DNA of 64,000 nt, taken from contig CBDBCR010000003.1 of assembly GCA_965203465.1 (NCBI GenBank), forward strand, positions 160,001-224,000. Direction: 5' to 3'. This document shows positions 49,546 through 58,956 of the stretch, in pieces. The notes beneath the pieces were generated by a model that was given only the letters and a program-made list of their open reading frames with translations, was not told the origin of the DNA and did not search any database. The DNA is from Nitrosopumilaceae archaeon. Lineage in GTDB: Archaea; Thermoproteota; Nitrososphaeria; Nitrososphaerales; Nitrosopumilaceae. Position 1 is the stretch's first letter. The number at the start of each line of letters is the position of its first letter. Both the position numbers and the translations under genes were made by a program.

Positions 49546-49683
49546 TATCGGGTTGCCGCACGAGTTGCACGCCACCTCGGTGGTCGCGTGCGAGTACACC
49601 ACCTGCTCCTCGCCGCACTCGGCGCAGTTCACCCTGTTGAACCTGCTGCTCGGCTCGGGCACCGGTATCCTGGACCTCCTCAT
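49486..49683 (-). CDS. rps27e: 30S ribosomal protein S27e
   Basis: PEPSSRF.RV.CAECGEEQVVYSHA...CNSCG...PTG. Confidence 0.95.
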   Translation of the reverse strand: MRRSRIPVPEPSSRFNRVNCAECGEEQVVYSHATTEVACNSCGNPISRPTGSAARISGTASGSAE

Positions 49684-49961
49684 GCTGCCACCAACTCGAA
49701 CTTTTTGATCCGGATGCCGGTCTTGTTGAACTTTTTCTTGCACGCCGTGCAGGTGAGCATGGGGGTGACCTTTTTGGTGACCTTTGCCGGCTTTGCCAGT
49801 TTCGGGAACTTTTGGCCGCCGTACCCGCGCTTGCGCTCGGCGTGGCGCCTCTCGCCCCTGGCAGAGCCGCGCCTCTTGCCGGCCTTGTATATGGAGACCT
49901 TTTGCTCGGTGTGCGTCCTGCACTTTGGGCAGTACTTGCGCACCAGCTTGGGTATGTTCAC
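49680..49961 (-). CDS. rpl44e: 50S ribosomal protein L44e
   Basis: YCPKCRTHT, GYGGQKFP, CTAC. Confidence 0.96.
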   Translation of the reverse strand: MNIPKLVRKYCPKCRTHTEQKVSIYKAGKRRGSARGERRHAERKRGYGGQKFPKLAKPAKVTKKVTPMLTCTACKKKFNKTGIRIKKFELVAA

Positions 49962-50029
49962 GCAATCGGCGGCCGGCGGCCATAATTTAAGCATACACGC
50001 TTAATAGGGCGCCGGCCCCTCCCGCCTGC

Positions 50030-51784
50030 GTGCCGCTCGCCCCCCCTGAAAAGGCCAGTATGGTCGCCATGGGGGAGCTCGGCGCCGACCTGGTGGTGAG
50101 GGGCGCGAGCGTGGTCTCGGTGTACACCGGCGAGATACTCGAGGATACGGACGTGGCCGTGGCCGGCGACACGATAGCGTACGTGGGGCCGGATGCCTCG
50201 CACGCGCGGGGCCGGCGCACGCGCACCGTAGAGGCGCGCGGCAGGTACCTTGCCCCGGGCCTGGCGGATCCGCACACGCACATAGACCAGTTCGTGCTGC
50301 CCTCCGAGGCGGTCGGGCGGTCGCTGCTGCGCGGCGTCACGTCGATCTTTTCCGATCCCATAGACGCGGTGGCCGTGGCCGGGGCTCGCGGCTTTGCCGA
50401 GTTCCGCAGGCTCTGCTCGGGCCTCCCGGCGCGCGTCTTCAACGCGGTGCCCGGCGGCCTGCCGGTGGACCCCGAGTTCGGGCACGGAAAGACCCTCTCG
50501 CCGGCGCGGGCGCGCGCCGCTATGCGCGAGCCGGACGTGCCCTGCCTCGGCGAGGTCTTTTCGTGGACGCGCGTGACCTCGCGCGATCCGGCCACCATGG
50601 AACTGGTCTCGGCGGTGCTCGACTCGGGGTGCCCGGTCAACGGGCACACCGCGGGCGCGTCGGGGAAAAAGCTAAACGCGTACGTCGGCTCGGGCATAAT
50701 CTCGTGCCACGAGCCGATAGACTTCGGGCAGGCGGCCGAGAGGCTGCGGCTCGGCATGTGGGTCATGGTCAGGGAGGGCTCCATCCGGCGCGACTTGGCC
50801 GCCATAATCTCTGAGGTGGTCTCGCGCGGCCTGCGCACCGACCGCGTCATGTTCTGCTCGGACGGCCTCGATCCGCGCGAGCTCGAATCGACGGGGCACA
50901 TAGACCACTGCGTGCGCGAGGCGGTCCGGCTGGGCGTGCCGCCGGCCGAGGCAGTCATGATGGGATCGCGCAACTGCTTCGACTATTACGGCATGGGGGC
51001 GCGCCTTGGCGGCATCGCGCCGGGCAGGTTGGCCGACATGGTGCTGGCCGACGACGTGGAAGACTTTAGGCCGTCGGACGTGTTCGTCGGCGGCAGGCAG
51101 GTGGTCTCGTCGGGCAGGCTGGCCGTGCCGGTGCGGCGGCGCGCGCCGGGCCCGGCGCTGCGCGGGACCGTCAGGGCCGGGCGCGTATCGGAGCGCGACT
51201 TTGCCTTGCCGGCGGCGGGCGACGAGGCCGAGGCCAACGTGATCCGGCTCTCGACGCCGATAGTCACGTCGCTGGAGCGGCGCGCCGTCCCGGTCATAAA
51301 CGGGAGCGCCTCGGCAGATCCGGCCGGCGGCGTCTGCAAGGTCGCCGCCTTTGACAGGTCGGGGCGCACGCGCGCGCGCGCCGTGGGTTTCCTAGCCGGC
51401 ATGGGGCTCGAGTCGGGGGCGCTCGCATCGACGTGGAACTTTCACGAAAACGACCTGCTCGTGGTCGGCGCGGACGATGCGGACATGGCCGCCGCGGCCA
51501 ACGCGGTCTCGGGCGGCGGGCTGGCCGCGGTGCGCGGGGGCCGCGTGGTGGCGCGCCTGCGCCTGCAGGCCGGCGGCATCATGTCCACGGGCAGTTTCGA
51601 GTCGGCCGCGCGCGGGCTGGACGCGTTCGAGGAGGCGGCGCGCTCCATGGGCTGCCCCCATCCGCACCCGCACGTGCCTATTATCTTCCTGCCCTTCCTT
51701 GCGCTGCCGCAGGTGCGCATACTGCACAGCGGCGTAATAGACGTGCGCAGGCGCGAGCGGATAGAGCCGCTGGTCGCGGCGTGA
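50030..51784 (+). CDS. ade: Adenine deaminase
   Basis: PGLADPHTHID, NGHTAG, SCHE, VMVREGS, FCSDG. Confidence 0.9.
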   Translation: MPLAPPEKASMVAMGELGADLVVRGASVVSVYTGEILEDTDVAVAGDTIAYVGPDASHARGRRTRTVEARGRYLAPGLADPHTHIDQFVLPSEAVGRSLLRGVTSIFSDPIDAVAVAGARGFAEFRRLCSGLPARVFNAVPGGLPVDPEFGHGKTLSPARARAAMREPDVPCLGEVFSWTRVTSRDPATMELVSAVLDSGCPVNGHTAGASGKKLNAYVGSGIISCHEPIDFGQAAERLRLGMWVMVREGSIRRDLAAIISEVVSRGLRTDRVMFCSDGLDPRELESTGHIDHCVREAVRLGVPPAEAVMMGSRNCFDYYGMGARLGGIAPGRLADMVLADDVEDFRPSDVFVGGRQVVSSGRLAVPVRRRAPGPALRGTVRAGRVSERDFALPAAGDEAEANVIRLSTPIVTSLERRAVPVINGSASADPAGGVCKVAAFDRSGRTRARAVGFLAGMGLESGALASTWNFHENDLLVVGADDADMAAAANAVSGGGLAAVRGGRVVARLRLQAGGIMSTGSFESAARGLDAFEEAARSMGCPHPHPHVPIIFLPFLALPQVRILHSGVIDVRRRERIEPLVAA

Positions 51785-51898
51785 GGCGGCCCTGCCTCGC
51801 GGCGCGCCCGGAACCGGCGCCGACGTTCAGTCCTCAGCGCCCGCGCCAGACCCCCGCAGCGGATCTTGGACGCGGCGTAGCTGCCCAGTTCGTGTAGT

Positions 51899-52285
51899 TC
51901 AGCCCCGTTCGCGCTCTGGCGGTTTTGCTGTGCCGTTAGGATAATCTGGCGCCCCGTCCGGCGGCGCGGTCGTCCTGCTCGGCTCTGCCGCAGGCTCTGG
52001 CGCCCCGTCTTGCTCTGCGGACTCTGGCGCCCCCCGGATCTCCGTGCACGCCTCGCGGCGGGCATCCCCGAGCTCGGCGCAGACCTCGCGGCCGGCCTCC
52101 CTTATTTCGTCGCCGATTGTACGCGAAGGCCACGTCACCAGACCCGCCAACCCTACAACGAGGAACGCTACGCCTATAGCTGCGTAATGAAAGTTGGACA
52201 GATGGCTCGCCGCCATAAAACCCGCACCCAAGGCCATCATGGCCACGAATATCATCCGCTGCTTCAGAACGATGTCCTCCGCCAC
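51899..52285 (-). CDS. Hypothetical two-TM membrane protein
   Basis: MIFVAMMALGAGFMAA and AAIGVAFLVVGLAGLVTW hydrophobic segments, then a coiled stretch; start inferred. Confidence 0.5.
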   Translation of the reverse strand: MAEDIVLKQRMIFVAMMALGAGFMAASHLSNFHYAAIGVAFLVVGLAGLVTWPSRTIGDEIREAGREVCAELGDARREACTEIRGAPESAEQDGAPEPAAEPSRTTAPPDGAPDYPNGTAKPPERERG

Positions 52286-52627
52286 GCGCGAAAGGCGCGC
52301 CTGCCCAATATTACCATAGAAGCCTCCCGTCGGAAATCTTCCCGCCCCCGCCAAGTACGTGTCGGCGCTGTCCGCGGCACACCCGGCAGATGTCGAATAC
52401 GGCAGCCGCCCGTGAACGCCCCGCCGGGCCGGAGGCGGACGCGTCGGACGCCCGCGGCGCCCGATCCTACGGCGCGCCAAGAGCCGGCGCCTCGGTTAAA
52501 ATTGAGGCCCCGCGGGCGTCGGGCGGGGATGAGGAGACACGCCGCTCCAGTCTGAGCACGCACGGCGCTGAAGAACCCGCGACGATCCGACCCTTGCTTT
52601 AAATACGCACGGGGCCCACGCCCCGCC

Positions 52628-54079
52628 GTGCCAGACTACGACGTCATAGTGGCAGGCGGGGGACTCGCGGGGACCGTCACGGCCCAGTCGATACTGCGCT
52701 ACGGCCCCGAGCTGCGCGTGCTGGTCATAGACCGCAACAGGCCCCCGATGCCGGGCGCAAAGAGCGCCGCCGGCTGGGTCTGCGGGGACGCCGTGAGCAA
52801 GGAGGCAGTGGACTACATGACCGAGCGGACCGGCGTGAGCTGGTCGGCCCCCGAGATAGAGCACCACGTAAAGGGTGTCATGGCCTTTTCCCCAGACAAG
52901 GAGACGGCCATACCGTTCGACGGCGAGGGGTACATGCTGAACCGGAGGGTGTTGCCCGAAAGGCAGAACGAGCGGGCCGGAAAGATGGGCGCCGACTTTG
53001 ACTTCGGGGTCAACCTGACCGGCCTGTCCTACGACGGCCCCCAGGTGTGCGGCGTGCGGGGCAGGGACATTTCGGGCCAAGAGTACTCGCGCACGTGCCA
53101 CATAGTGGTGGATACCACCGGCATGACTTCCATGCTGCGCAACCAGATATCGAACACCGACAAGATGGAGCGCAAAGTGGACAGGCGCGACGTGGAATCG
53201 ACGGGCAGGCGCATCATGTACTTTGATGACGGAAAGGAGGACACGACCGAGTTCGATCCCGAATACTGCATAATACACCTAGACCAGGACATCGCCCCGG
53301 GAGGCTACGGGTGGGTCTTTCCAAAGGGGAAGAACAAGGTCAACGTCGGCCTGGGCGTGGAAAAGACCCTGCTGGAGGCGCGCAACAAGAGGATGTCAAA
53401 GTCGGACAGCGTAAGCTCGCTGATCGAGCAGTACATAGAGAGGAACCCCGCCATACGCAGCCCGCGCCTGTCGTCCGACGAAGCAGACAGGGACAACGCG
53501 TCTGGGAACTTCCAGGTATCGGTGAGGCGGCAGAACGACTGCATGGTCTCGGGCGGCTTTATGCTGGTGGGCGATTCTGCGTGGATGCCCAAGCCGCTCG
53601 ACGCTGGCGGCATAGGGCCGGCCCTGATAGCGGGGACCATCGCGGGCAGGTGCGCCGCGCAGGCCGTGCAGTCGGGCGACGTCTCGGAGGCGGGCCTGTG
53701 GAGGTACAACAAGGAGTTCGTCGAAGAGTACGGCTACAAGACGGCCGGCCTGGAGATATTCCGCAGGCTGATACAGACGCTCACCAACGAGCAGATAAGC
53801 TACGGCATGAAGCACTTTATGGGAAACCTGGACGTCGAGGCCATATCAAAGGGCGAGCACCCCGACTTTGGGCACCTGGGCAAGCTGTCGATGATCATAC
53901 GCGGGGCCCTCAACAAGCGCCTGGCAGACGGGCTGCGCTTCACCACCTCGCAGAACAAGAAACTGACCGCGCACTACCGCGACTATCCGGGATCGCCGGA
54001 CGGCTTTGCGCGCTGGAGCGGCCGCCTGCACCAGATCCTCGACGAGTCCAACAGGGGCCTTGCCGGCTTTCAGAACTAA
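52628..54079 (+). CDS. Geranylgeranyl reductase family flavoprotein (DGGGPL reductase-like)
   Basis: YDVIVAGGGLAG, CGDAV, PGGYGWVFPKG, LVGDSA..PLDAGGI. Confidence 0.9.
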   Translation: MPDYDVIVAGGGLAGTVTAQSILRYGPELRVLVIDRNRPPMPGAKSAAGWVCGDAVSKEAVDYMTERTGVSWSAPEIEHHVKGVMAFSPDKETAIPFDGEGYMLNRRVLPERQNERAGKMGADFDFGVNLTGLSYDGPQVCGVRGRDISGQEYSRTCHIVVDTTGMTSMLRNQISNTDKMERKVDRRDVESTGRRIMYFDDGKEDTTEFDPEYCIIHLDQDIAPGGYGWVFPKGKNKVNVGLGVEKTLLEARNKRMSKSDSVSSLIEQYIERNPAIRSPRLSSDEADRDNASGNFQVSVRRQNDCMVSGGFMLVGDSAWMPKPLDAGGIGPALIAGTIAGRCAAQAVQSGDVSEAGLWRYNKEFVEEYGYKTAGLEIFRRLIQTLTNEQISYGMKHFMGNLDVEAISKGEHPDFGHLGKLSMIIRGALNKRLADGLRFTTSQNKKLTAHYRDYPGSPDGFARWSGRLHQILDESNRGLAGFQN

Positions 54080-54083
54080 AATT

Positions 54084-54149
54084 CCGGCGCGGGCAGGTTT
54101 TTCCGCCAGCGGCCGGCGCGGGCAGGTTTTTCCGCCAGCGGCCGGCGCG
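54084..54149. repeat. 29-bp tandem repeat, about 2.3 copies
   Basis: ccggcgcgggcaggtttttccgccagcgg at 54084 and 54113. Confidence 0.85.
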
Positions 54150-54393
54150 CCAACGTGCCGCGGGGCGAGGCTCGGCGCTGCCTCGCAGGCACGGCACCGT
54201 CGGGGGCGGACGGGCCGGCCCTGTTGCCGAAAACGCGGCGCGTGTGACTATGGCGCGAGGCGACCCCCGCCACGAGCGGGGTCGGGCAGCCAACTGCCGG
54301 AAAACGGTTAGTCGTTCAACCCAGGACGCAGGGCCGTTGCCGACGCCAAGTCGCGCTTTCCGCCAGAAAATCAGGCACGGAGGACGCAGGGTA

Positions 54394-54493
54394 ACGCGAG
54401 GCGATCCGTGCCGCACTGGGTTGGGCACCCGATTCCGATGGAAGGTACAGTTTGTGTAAAGTAGTGACGCGAGGCGATCCGTGCCGCACTGGG
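54394..54493. repeat. 27-bp direct repeat pair separated by 46 bp
   Basis: acgcgaggcgatccgtgccgcactggg at 54394-54420 and 54467-54493. Confidence 0.85.
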
Positions 54494-54546
54494 CAACTAG
54501 GAAAATAAAGTGCCAAATAAGTCCCCGCCGAGCCTCAGAACAACAC

Positions 54547-54891
54547 ATGGAACAGATGGTTTTTACCAAGGGCAGAACTGACAATATTCAGGTACAGACA
54601 GACAGTGCCAACTCTACGCACCGGTTGACGTTCGATGGCGACGAATGGAACGCCGTCGCCGTTTTTGAAAAAAAATGGAATCCCGCACACAACACGCCGT
54701 TGCACATCCCCGAACCCGTACGAGTGATAAAAGAGAACGGGGTAGAAGAGATGCGATACAACAGCTCCGCGATGGAGCTAGGCAGGATCTACCAAGTGTT
54801 GTGGAACGGAAAGATGTACGGACTGCGAAAGACAGAGGGCGAGGTGGAGATTCTAAGGTTTTATCCGGACGATCATAAACATGGGGATTAG
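54547..54891 (+). CDS. Hypothetical protein in a low-GC island
   Basis: 114-aa ORF MEQMVFTKG...; overlaps a following 52-aa ORF (54881-55039). Confidence 0.55.
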   Translation: MEQMVFTKGRTDNIQVQTDSANSTHRLTFDGDEWNAVAVFEKKWNPAHNTPLHIPEPVRVIKENGVEEMRYNSSAMELGRIYQVLWNGKMYGLRKTEGEVEILRFYPDDHKHGD

Positions 54892-55080
54892 GGGCAGGTT
54901 CGGCTTGATCGAAGGAGCATACAAGAAAGAAGCGGCCTCCCTCTTGGTCTCGAAACCGTGCGAGCACGTCTTGTTAATAAAAGAGCGTGCGTTCAAAAAG
55001 GACATCTTGGTGATCATGCACGGCAAGGCCGACGGGTAAGCAAGCGTCACGGAGCATTTGATAGGGAGCGGGGTGAGCAG

Positions 55081-55541
55081 GTGACAAGGTTGGATCTAGA
55101 AGGAATAGTCGGCGACATCGAAAAAATGGGGTATGTGACCGTGGAGCTCAAGGACAGGTTGAAGCCCAGTTTTTACAAGCTTGGCGATGGCACGGTGGTG
55201 CGAGTGCTGATCAGCATCAACCACCTCACAAGCCACACCAAATCTCCACATGGATACAACATCAGCTGGAGCAGCGCGATAACGTGCCAAAAGAAAACAG
55301 ACATCCTGAGAGATACACGCAGTTTGATCCGGCCAGCGTGCAATCCAACATATTGGACGACGATATGCAGTACGAGACACTTGTAGAGAATTTCAACAAC
55401 TACTCGATAAACAACGGTATGACGGTGAGCGTCAAACCCGCAGTAACGCAAGTGGGTAAAACCAGATTTTGCACAGAAGACGGCGAGCTGATCTACGGAG
55501 TGAACGTCATGCCCGTGTTCAAGGTCACCAAGGGCGGCTAG
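55081..55541 (+). pseudogene. Frameshifted hypothetical protein with an internally duplicated beta-rich domain
   Basis: FYKLGDGTVVRV...GYNI and, after a shift near 55283, NYSINNGMTVSVK...GELIYGV. Confidence 0.55.
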
Positions 55542-55593
55542 ACGGCGTTGCCCGGACGCGCGGCGCCCGCCCCGGACAAACCCGCCCGCCACC

Positions 55594-58500
55594 TCAGCGC
55601 CGCCTCGCGAGCATCACTGCTATCAGGATGCCGGCGGCAGTCGCAGCTGCCGCCGCGTGCCAGGGCTCGAAGCCGGATTCTGCGGCCGGCGCGGCGTGCT
55701 CGATCCCCGGTTCGGCGGCGGGCTCGCGCGTCAGATCCGGCGCGGGCGGCGGGCCAGCCTCCGGTTCGGGCTGCGCGGCTGCGGGCTCTGGCCCGCTTTC
55801 GGGGGGCGCGTCTTCCGCCGACAGCGTGCCGGGCCCGGTCTCCGGCCGCGGTAGCTCGGCGGCAGGCTCTCGGGTCACGGGCGGCTTTGCGGCAGGCCCT
55901 TCCGTCCCGGGCCGTTCTGCGGCAGGTGGCCCCGCGGCGGGCGCCGGCCCGAACGCCGTGAAACGGAAAGAGCCCGAGCACGAATCCAAGTCCAGCTGCC
56001 TAGAGTCGACGGCGTCCGGCGTGCTCTGGTGGACCGCCCGGACGTGCAGGGAGCGCGCGTCCGGCAGTATGGGTGCCGTCCAGACCGCCGAATCGGGCGC
56101 GCCGGCGCTCCGTTCGGAAGGGTGCGCCACGGTTCTGGCCCCCGCCTGCTCGAGCGTCACTATGATCCTTTCGGACGGCGAGGCGGTGACCGCCGCGTAC
56201 GGCTCCTCGGAGCACCGCTCGTACGAGACCGAATGTATGACTGCCAGCTCGACGCCGACGCTGCCCGTGCCGCGCGCGGGGACGCCCGGGATCCGCGCAG
56301 GGGCGGCATCGTCCGGGGCGGGCCCGGACGCCGCGTGCCTGGCGCCGTCCGAGACGGACGGCAGGTCGGCCGCGCTCACGGGCGGGTGCGGCAGGCCCGT
56401 CGCGGCGCCGTCCTGCAGTGCCGGCGAATCGGAGAGCAGTCTTGCGGACGCGCCGGCGCGCGCGGAGTCGGACAGTGCGGGCGAGTCTGATTTGGCCGCC
56501 GAAGACAGGCGCGCGATCGCCGAATCGGCCAAGACGGGCGAGTCCGAGTCGAAGGCGGCGCGGGCGCTCTGCCACCGCGCAGAGTCGGACGGGGCCAGCA
56601 GGCCGGACGCGCCAAAGACGGATTTGTAGGCGCGGGCGGAGTCCGCCAAGACGGCCGTGTCCGATCCGATCCGCAGGACGGCGGCAGATCCGGAAGCAGA
56701 GTGGGAGAGGGTCGGCGAGCTGGACTGTACGATCCCGGATCTGAGCGCCCGCGCAGAGTCGGAAAACTGCGCGTGATCGACTTGACCCTGCACGAACAGG
56801 CCCGCGTACGAGGCAGAACTCGACGGCGCGGGCGAGTCCGAGACAGCGATTCCGGAACGGTACGAGCGTGCGGAGTCGGAAAAGACGGCCGTGTCCGAGG
56901 AGGCCGAGACCTTCATGTCCGCCCGGGAGGCGGAGTCGGAGAGGGTCGGCGAGCTGGACTGTACAAAGCCGGACTTGAAGGCTCGGGCGGAGTCCGAGAT
57001 GTTCGCCGTGTCCGACGAGCCTGCGACTAGCATGCCTGCAAACGACGCAGAATCTGACAGGACGGGCGAGCTCGACTGCTCAAAGCCGGACTTGAAGGCT
57101 CGGGCGGAGTCGGACAAAGTAGACGCGTCGACGGATACGCTTACCCTCATGTCCGTGCGCGAGGCAAAGTCCGAGAGGGCCGGCGAGCTGGACTGTACAA
57201 AGCCGGACTTGAAGGCTCGGGCGGAGTCGGTAAAGACGGCGGTGTCCGAGGAGGCCGAGACCTTCATTTCCGTCAGGGCCGCGGAGTCCGATATGGACGG
57301 CGAGCTCGACCGTTCAAAGCCGGACTTGTACGAGCGGGAGGAGTCGGCAAAGACGGCGGTGTCCGAGGAGGCCGAGACCTTCATTTCCGTCAGGGCCGCG
57401 GAGTCCGATATGGACGGCGAGCTCGACCGTTCAAAGCCGGACTTGTACGAGCGGGAGGAGTCGGCAAAGACGGCGGTGTCCGAGGAGGCCGAGACCTTCA
57501 TTTCCGTCAGGGCCGCGGAGTCCGATATGGACGGCGAGCTCGACCGTTCAAAGCCGGACTTGTACGAGCGGGAGGAGTCGGCAAAGACGGCGGTGTCCGA
57601 GGAGGCCGAGACCTTCATTTCCGTCAGGGCCGCGGAGTCCGATATGGACGGCGAGCTCGACCGTTCAAAGCCGGACTTGTACGAGCGGGAGGAGTCGGCA
57701 AAGACGGCGGTGTCCGAGGAGGCCGAGACCTTCATTTCCGTCAGGGCCGCGGAGTCCGATATGGACGGCGAGCTCGACCGTTCAAAGCCGGACTTGTACG
57801 AGCGGGAGGAGTCGGCAAAGACGGCGGTGTCCGAGGAGGCCGAGACCTTCATTTCCGTCAGGGCCGCGGAGTCCGATATGGACGGCGAGCTCGACCGTTC
57901 AAAGCCGGACTTGTACGAGCGGGAGGAGTCGGCAAAGACGGCGGTGTCCGAGGACGCGGCGGCCTTCATGTCCACGTCGGAGGCCAAATCCGAGAGGGCA
58001 GGCGAGCTGGAAGAGACGGAGCCCGACTTGAAGGCTCGGGCGGAGTCGGCAAAGACGGCGGTGTCCGAGGACGCGGCGGCCTTCATGTCCACGTCGGAGG
58101 CCGAATCCGAGAGGGCAGGCGAGCTGGACGGCGCGAGGCCGGACTTGTAGGAGCTGGCAGAGTCCGAGACGGCGGCGGAATTTGACAGGCTCGCGAGCGT
58201 CCTATTGTATGCCGACGCAGAGTCCGAGACGGCCGGCGAGTCCGTACGCGGGTGGCCGGACTTGTAGGCCCTATGCGAATCCAGAACCGACGGCTCGTCC
58301 TGGCCCAGCCCTATATGCACTCCCAGTTGCGCGCCGCTCACGCCGGCAAACCGGTTGCCCAGCGTGTCCTCGAACGCACTGCCGGATATGTCGAGGGTCA
58401 GCGGGCCGTCGCGTAGGTGAGCAAGCACCAAGCGGCGCGTCTGCTCTTGGGTAAGCTTTAGCGCCGTCGTGTCCGTATCCGAGCTCGGGCCCACGGCGCC

Positions 58501-58950
58501 GGCCAGGCGGGTGACGGTGTTGCGGCCCGCCACGGCGACGCCGCCCGCGCTGATCTCGGAGGCGTCCATCTGCTTGTCAAAGTCCAGGCGCAGCGTGCCG
58601 GTTGCAAGATCCAGCAGCGGCGTGCCCTCGAGCACCGGCCGTACCGCATCTATCTGTAGCGCCTTGGAAAACGAGAGCGACAGCGGCGCGCCCGGCGCCG
58701 GCAGGCCATGCACTGTCGTCTTGCTGGAGGCGCCCACGGTGCCGCCGCGCAACAGGAACGACCGCTCTGATACGTACCCCAGATCCGGCGACCTGTCCCC
58801 GTACTGCACGACGTAGCTGAACGCCAGCGTGTCGGTTCCCGAGCCCGAGACGTACCCCGCGTGCCTGTCGACGGCGCCGGTCTCCAGCAACAGCGTCGGC
58901 GTCCCGGTCACGTTGACCGGCTCGGAAAACTCCACTTCGATCTCGATCAC
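55594..58950 (-). CDS. C-terminal half of giant surface protein: Ig-like domains, 39-aa Ser-rich repeat stalk, Pro-rich linker, TM anchor plus RRR
   Basis: IEVEFSEPV.V.G.P.L.L; repeats; C-terminus WHAAAAATAAGILIAVMLARRR; in frame with the upstream ORF. Confidence 0.85.
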   Translation of the reverse strand: MIEIEVEFSEPVNVTGTPTLLLETGAVDRHAGYVSGSGTDTLAFSYVVQYGDRSPDLGYVSERSFLLRGGTVGASSKTTVHGLPAPGAPLSLSFSKALQIDAVRPVLEGTPLLDLATGTLRLDFDKQMDASEISAGGVAVAGRNTVTRLAGAVGPSSDTDTTALKLTQEQTRRLVLAHLRDGPLTLDISGSAFEDTLGNRFAGVSGAQLGVHIGLGQDEPSVLDSHRAYKSGHPRTDSPAVSDSASAYNRTLASLSNSAAVSDSASSYKSGLAPSSSPALSDSASDVDMKAAASSDTAVFADSARAFKSGSVSSSSPALSDLASDVDMKAAASSDTAVFADSSRSYKSGFERSSSPSISDSAALTEMKVSASSDTAVFADSSRSYKSGFERSSSPSISDSAALTEMKVSASSDTAVFADSSRSYKSGFERSSSPSISDSAALTEMKVSASSDTAVFADSSRSYKSGFERSSSPSISDSAALTEMKVSASSDTAVFADSSRSYKSGFERSSSPSISDSAALTEMKVSASSDTAVFADSSRSYKSGFERSSSPSISDSAALTEMKVSASSDTAVFTDSARAFKSGFVQSSSPALSDFASRTDMRVSVSVDASTLSDSARAFKSGFEQSSSPVLSDSASFAGMLVAGSSDTANISDSARAFKSGFVQSSSPTLSDSASRADMKVSASSDTAVFSDSARSYRSGIAVSDSPAPSSSASYAGLFVQGQVDHAQFSDSARALRSGIVQSSSPTLSHSASGSAAVLRIGSDTAVLADSARAYKSVFGASGLLAPSDSARWQSARAAFDSDSPVLADSAIARLSSAAKSDSPALSDSARAGASARLLSDSPALQDGAATGLPHPPVSAADLPSVSDGARHAASGPAPDDAAPARIPGVPARGTGSVGVELAVIHSVSYERCSEEPYAAVTASPSERIIVTLEQAGARTVAHPSERSAGAPDSAVWTAPILPDARSLHVRAVHQSTPDAVDSRQLDLDSCSGSFRFTAFGPAPAAGPPAAERPGTEGPAAKPPVTREPAAELPRPETGPGTLSAEDAPPESGPEPAAAQPEPEAGPPPAPDLTREPAAEPGIEHAAPAAESGFEPWHAAAAATAAGILIAVMLARRR
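57232..57933. repeat. Six apparently identical 117-bp (39-aa) coding tandem repeats inside a longer degenerate array (about 56440-58270)
   Basis: Unit starts at 57232, 57349, 57466, 57583, 57700, 57817; SSDTAVFADSSRSYKSGFERSSSPSISDSAALTEMKVSA. Confidence 0.95.
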
Positions 58951-58956
58951 GCTGCC

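Noticed and set aside
54250-54493. Possible mini-CRISPR (27-bp repeat, 46-bp spacer)
   Set aside because: Only two exact copies plus one weak match near 54253; no clear leader or cas genes. Kept as a simple direct repeat.
57232-57933. Possible CRISPR array
   Set aside because: Contiguous 117-bp units with no unique spacers, in frame within a CDS; no cas genes in the window.
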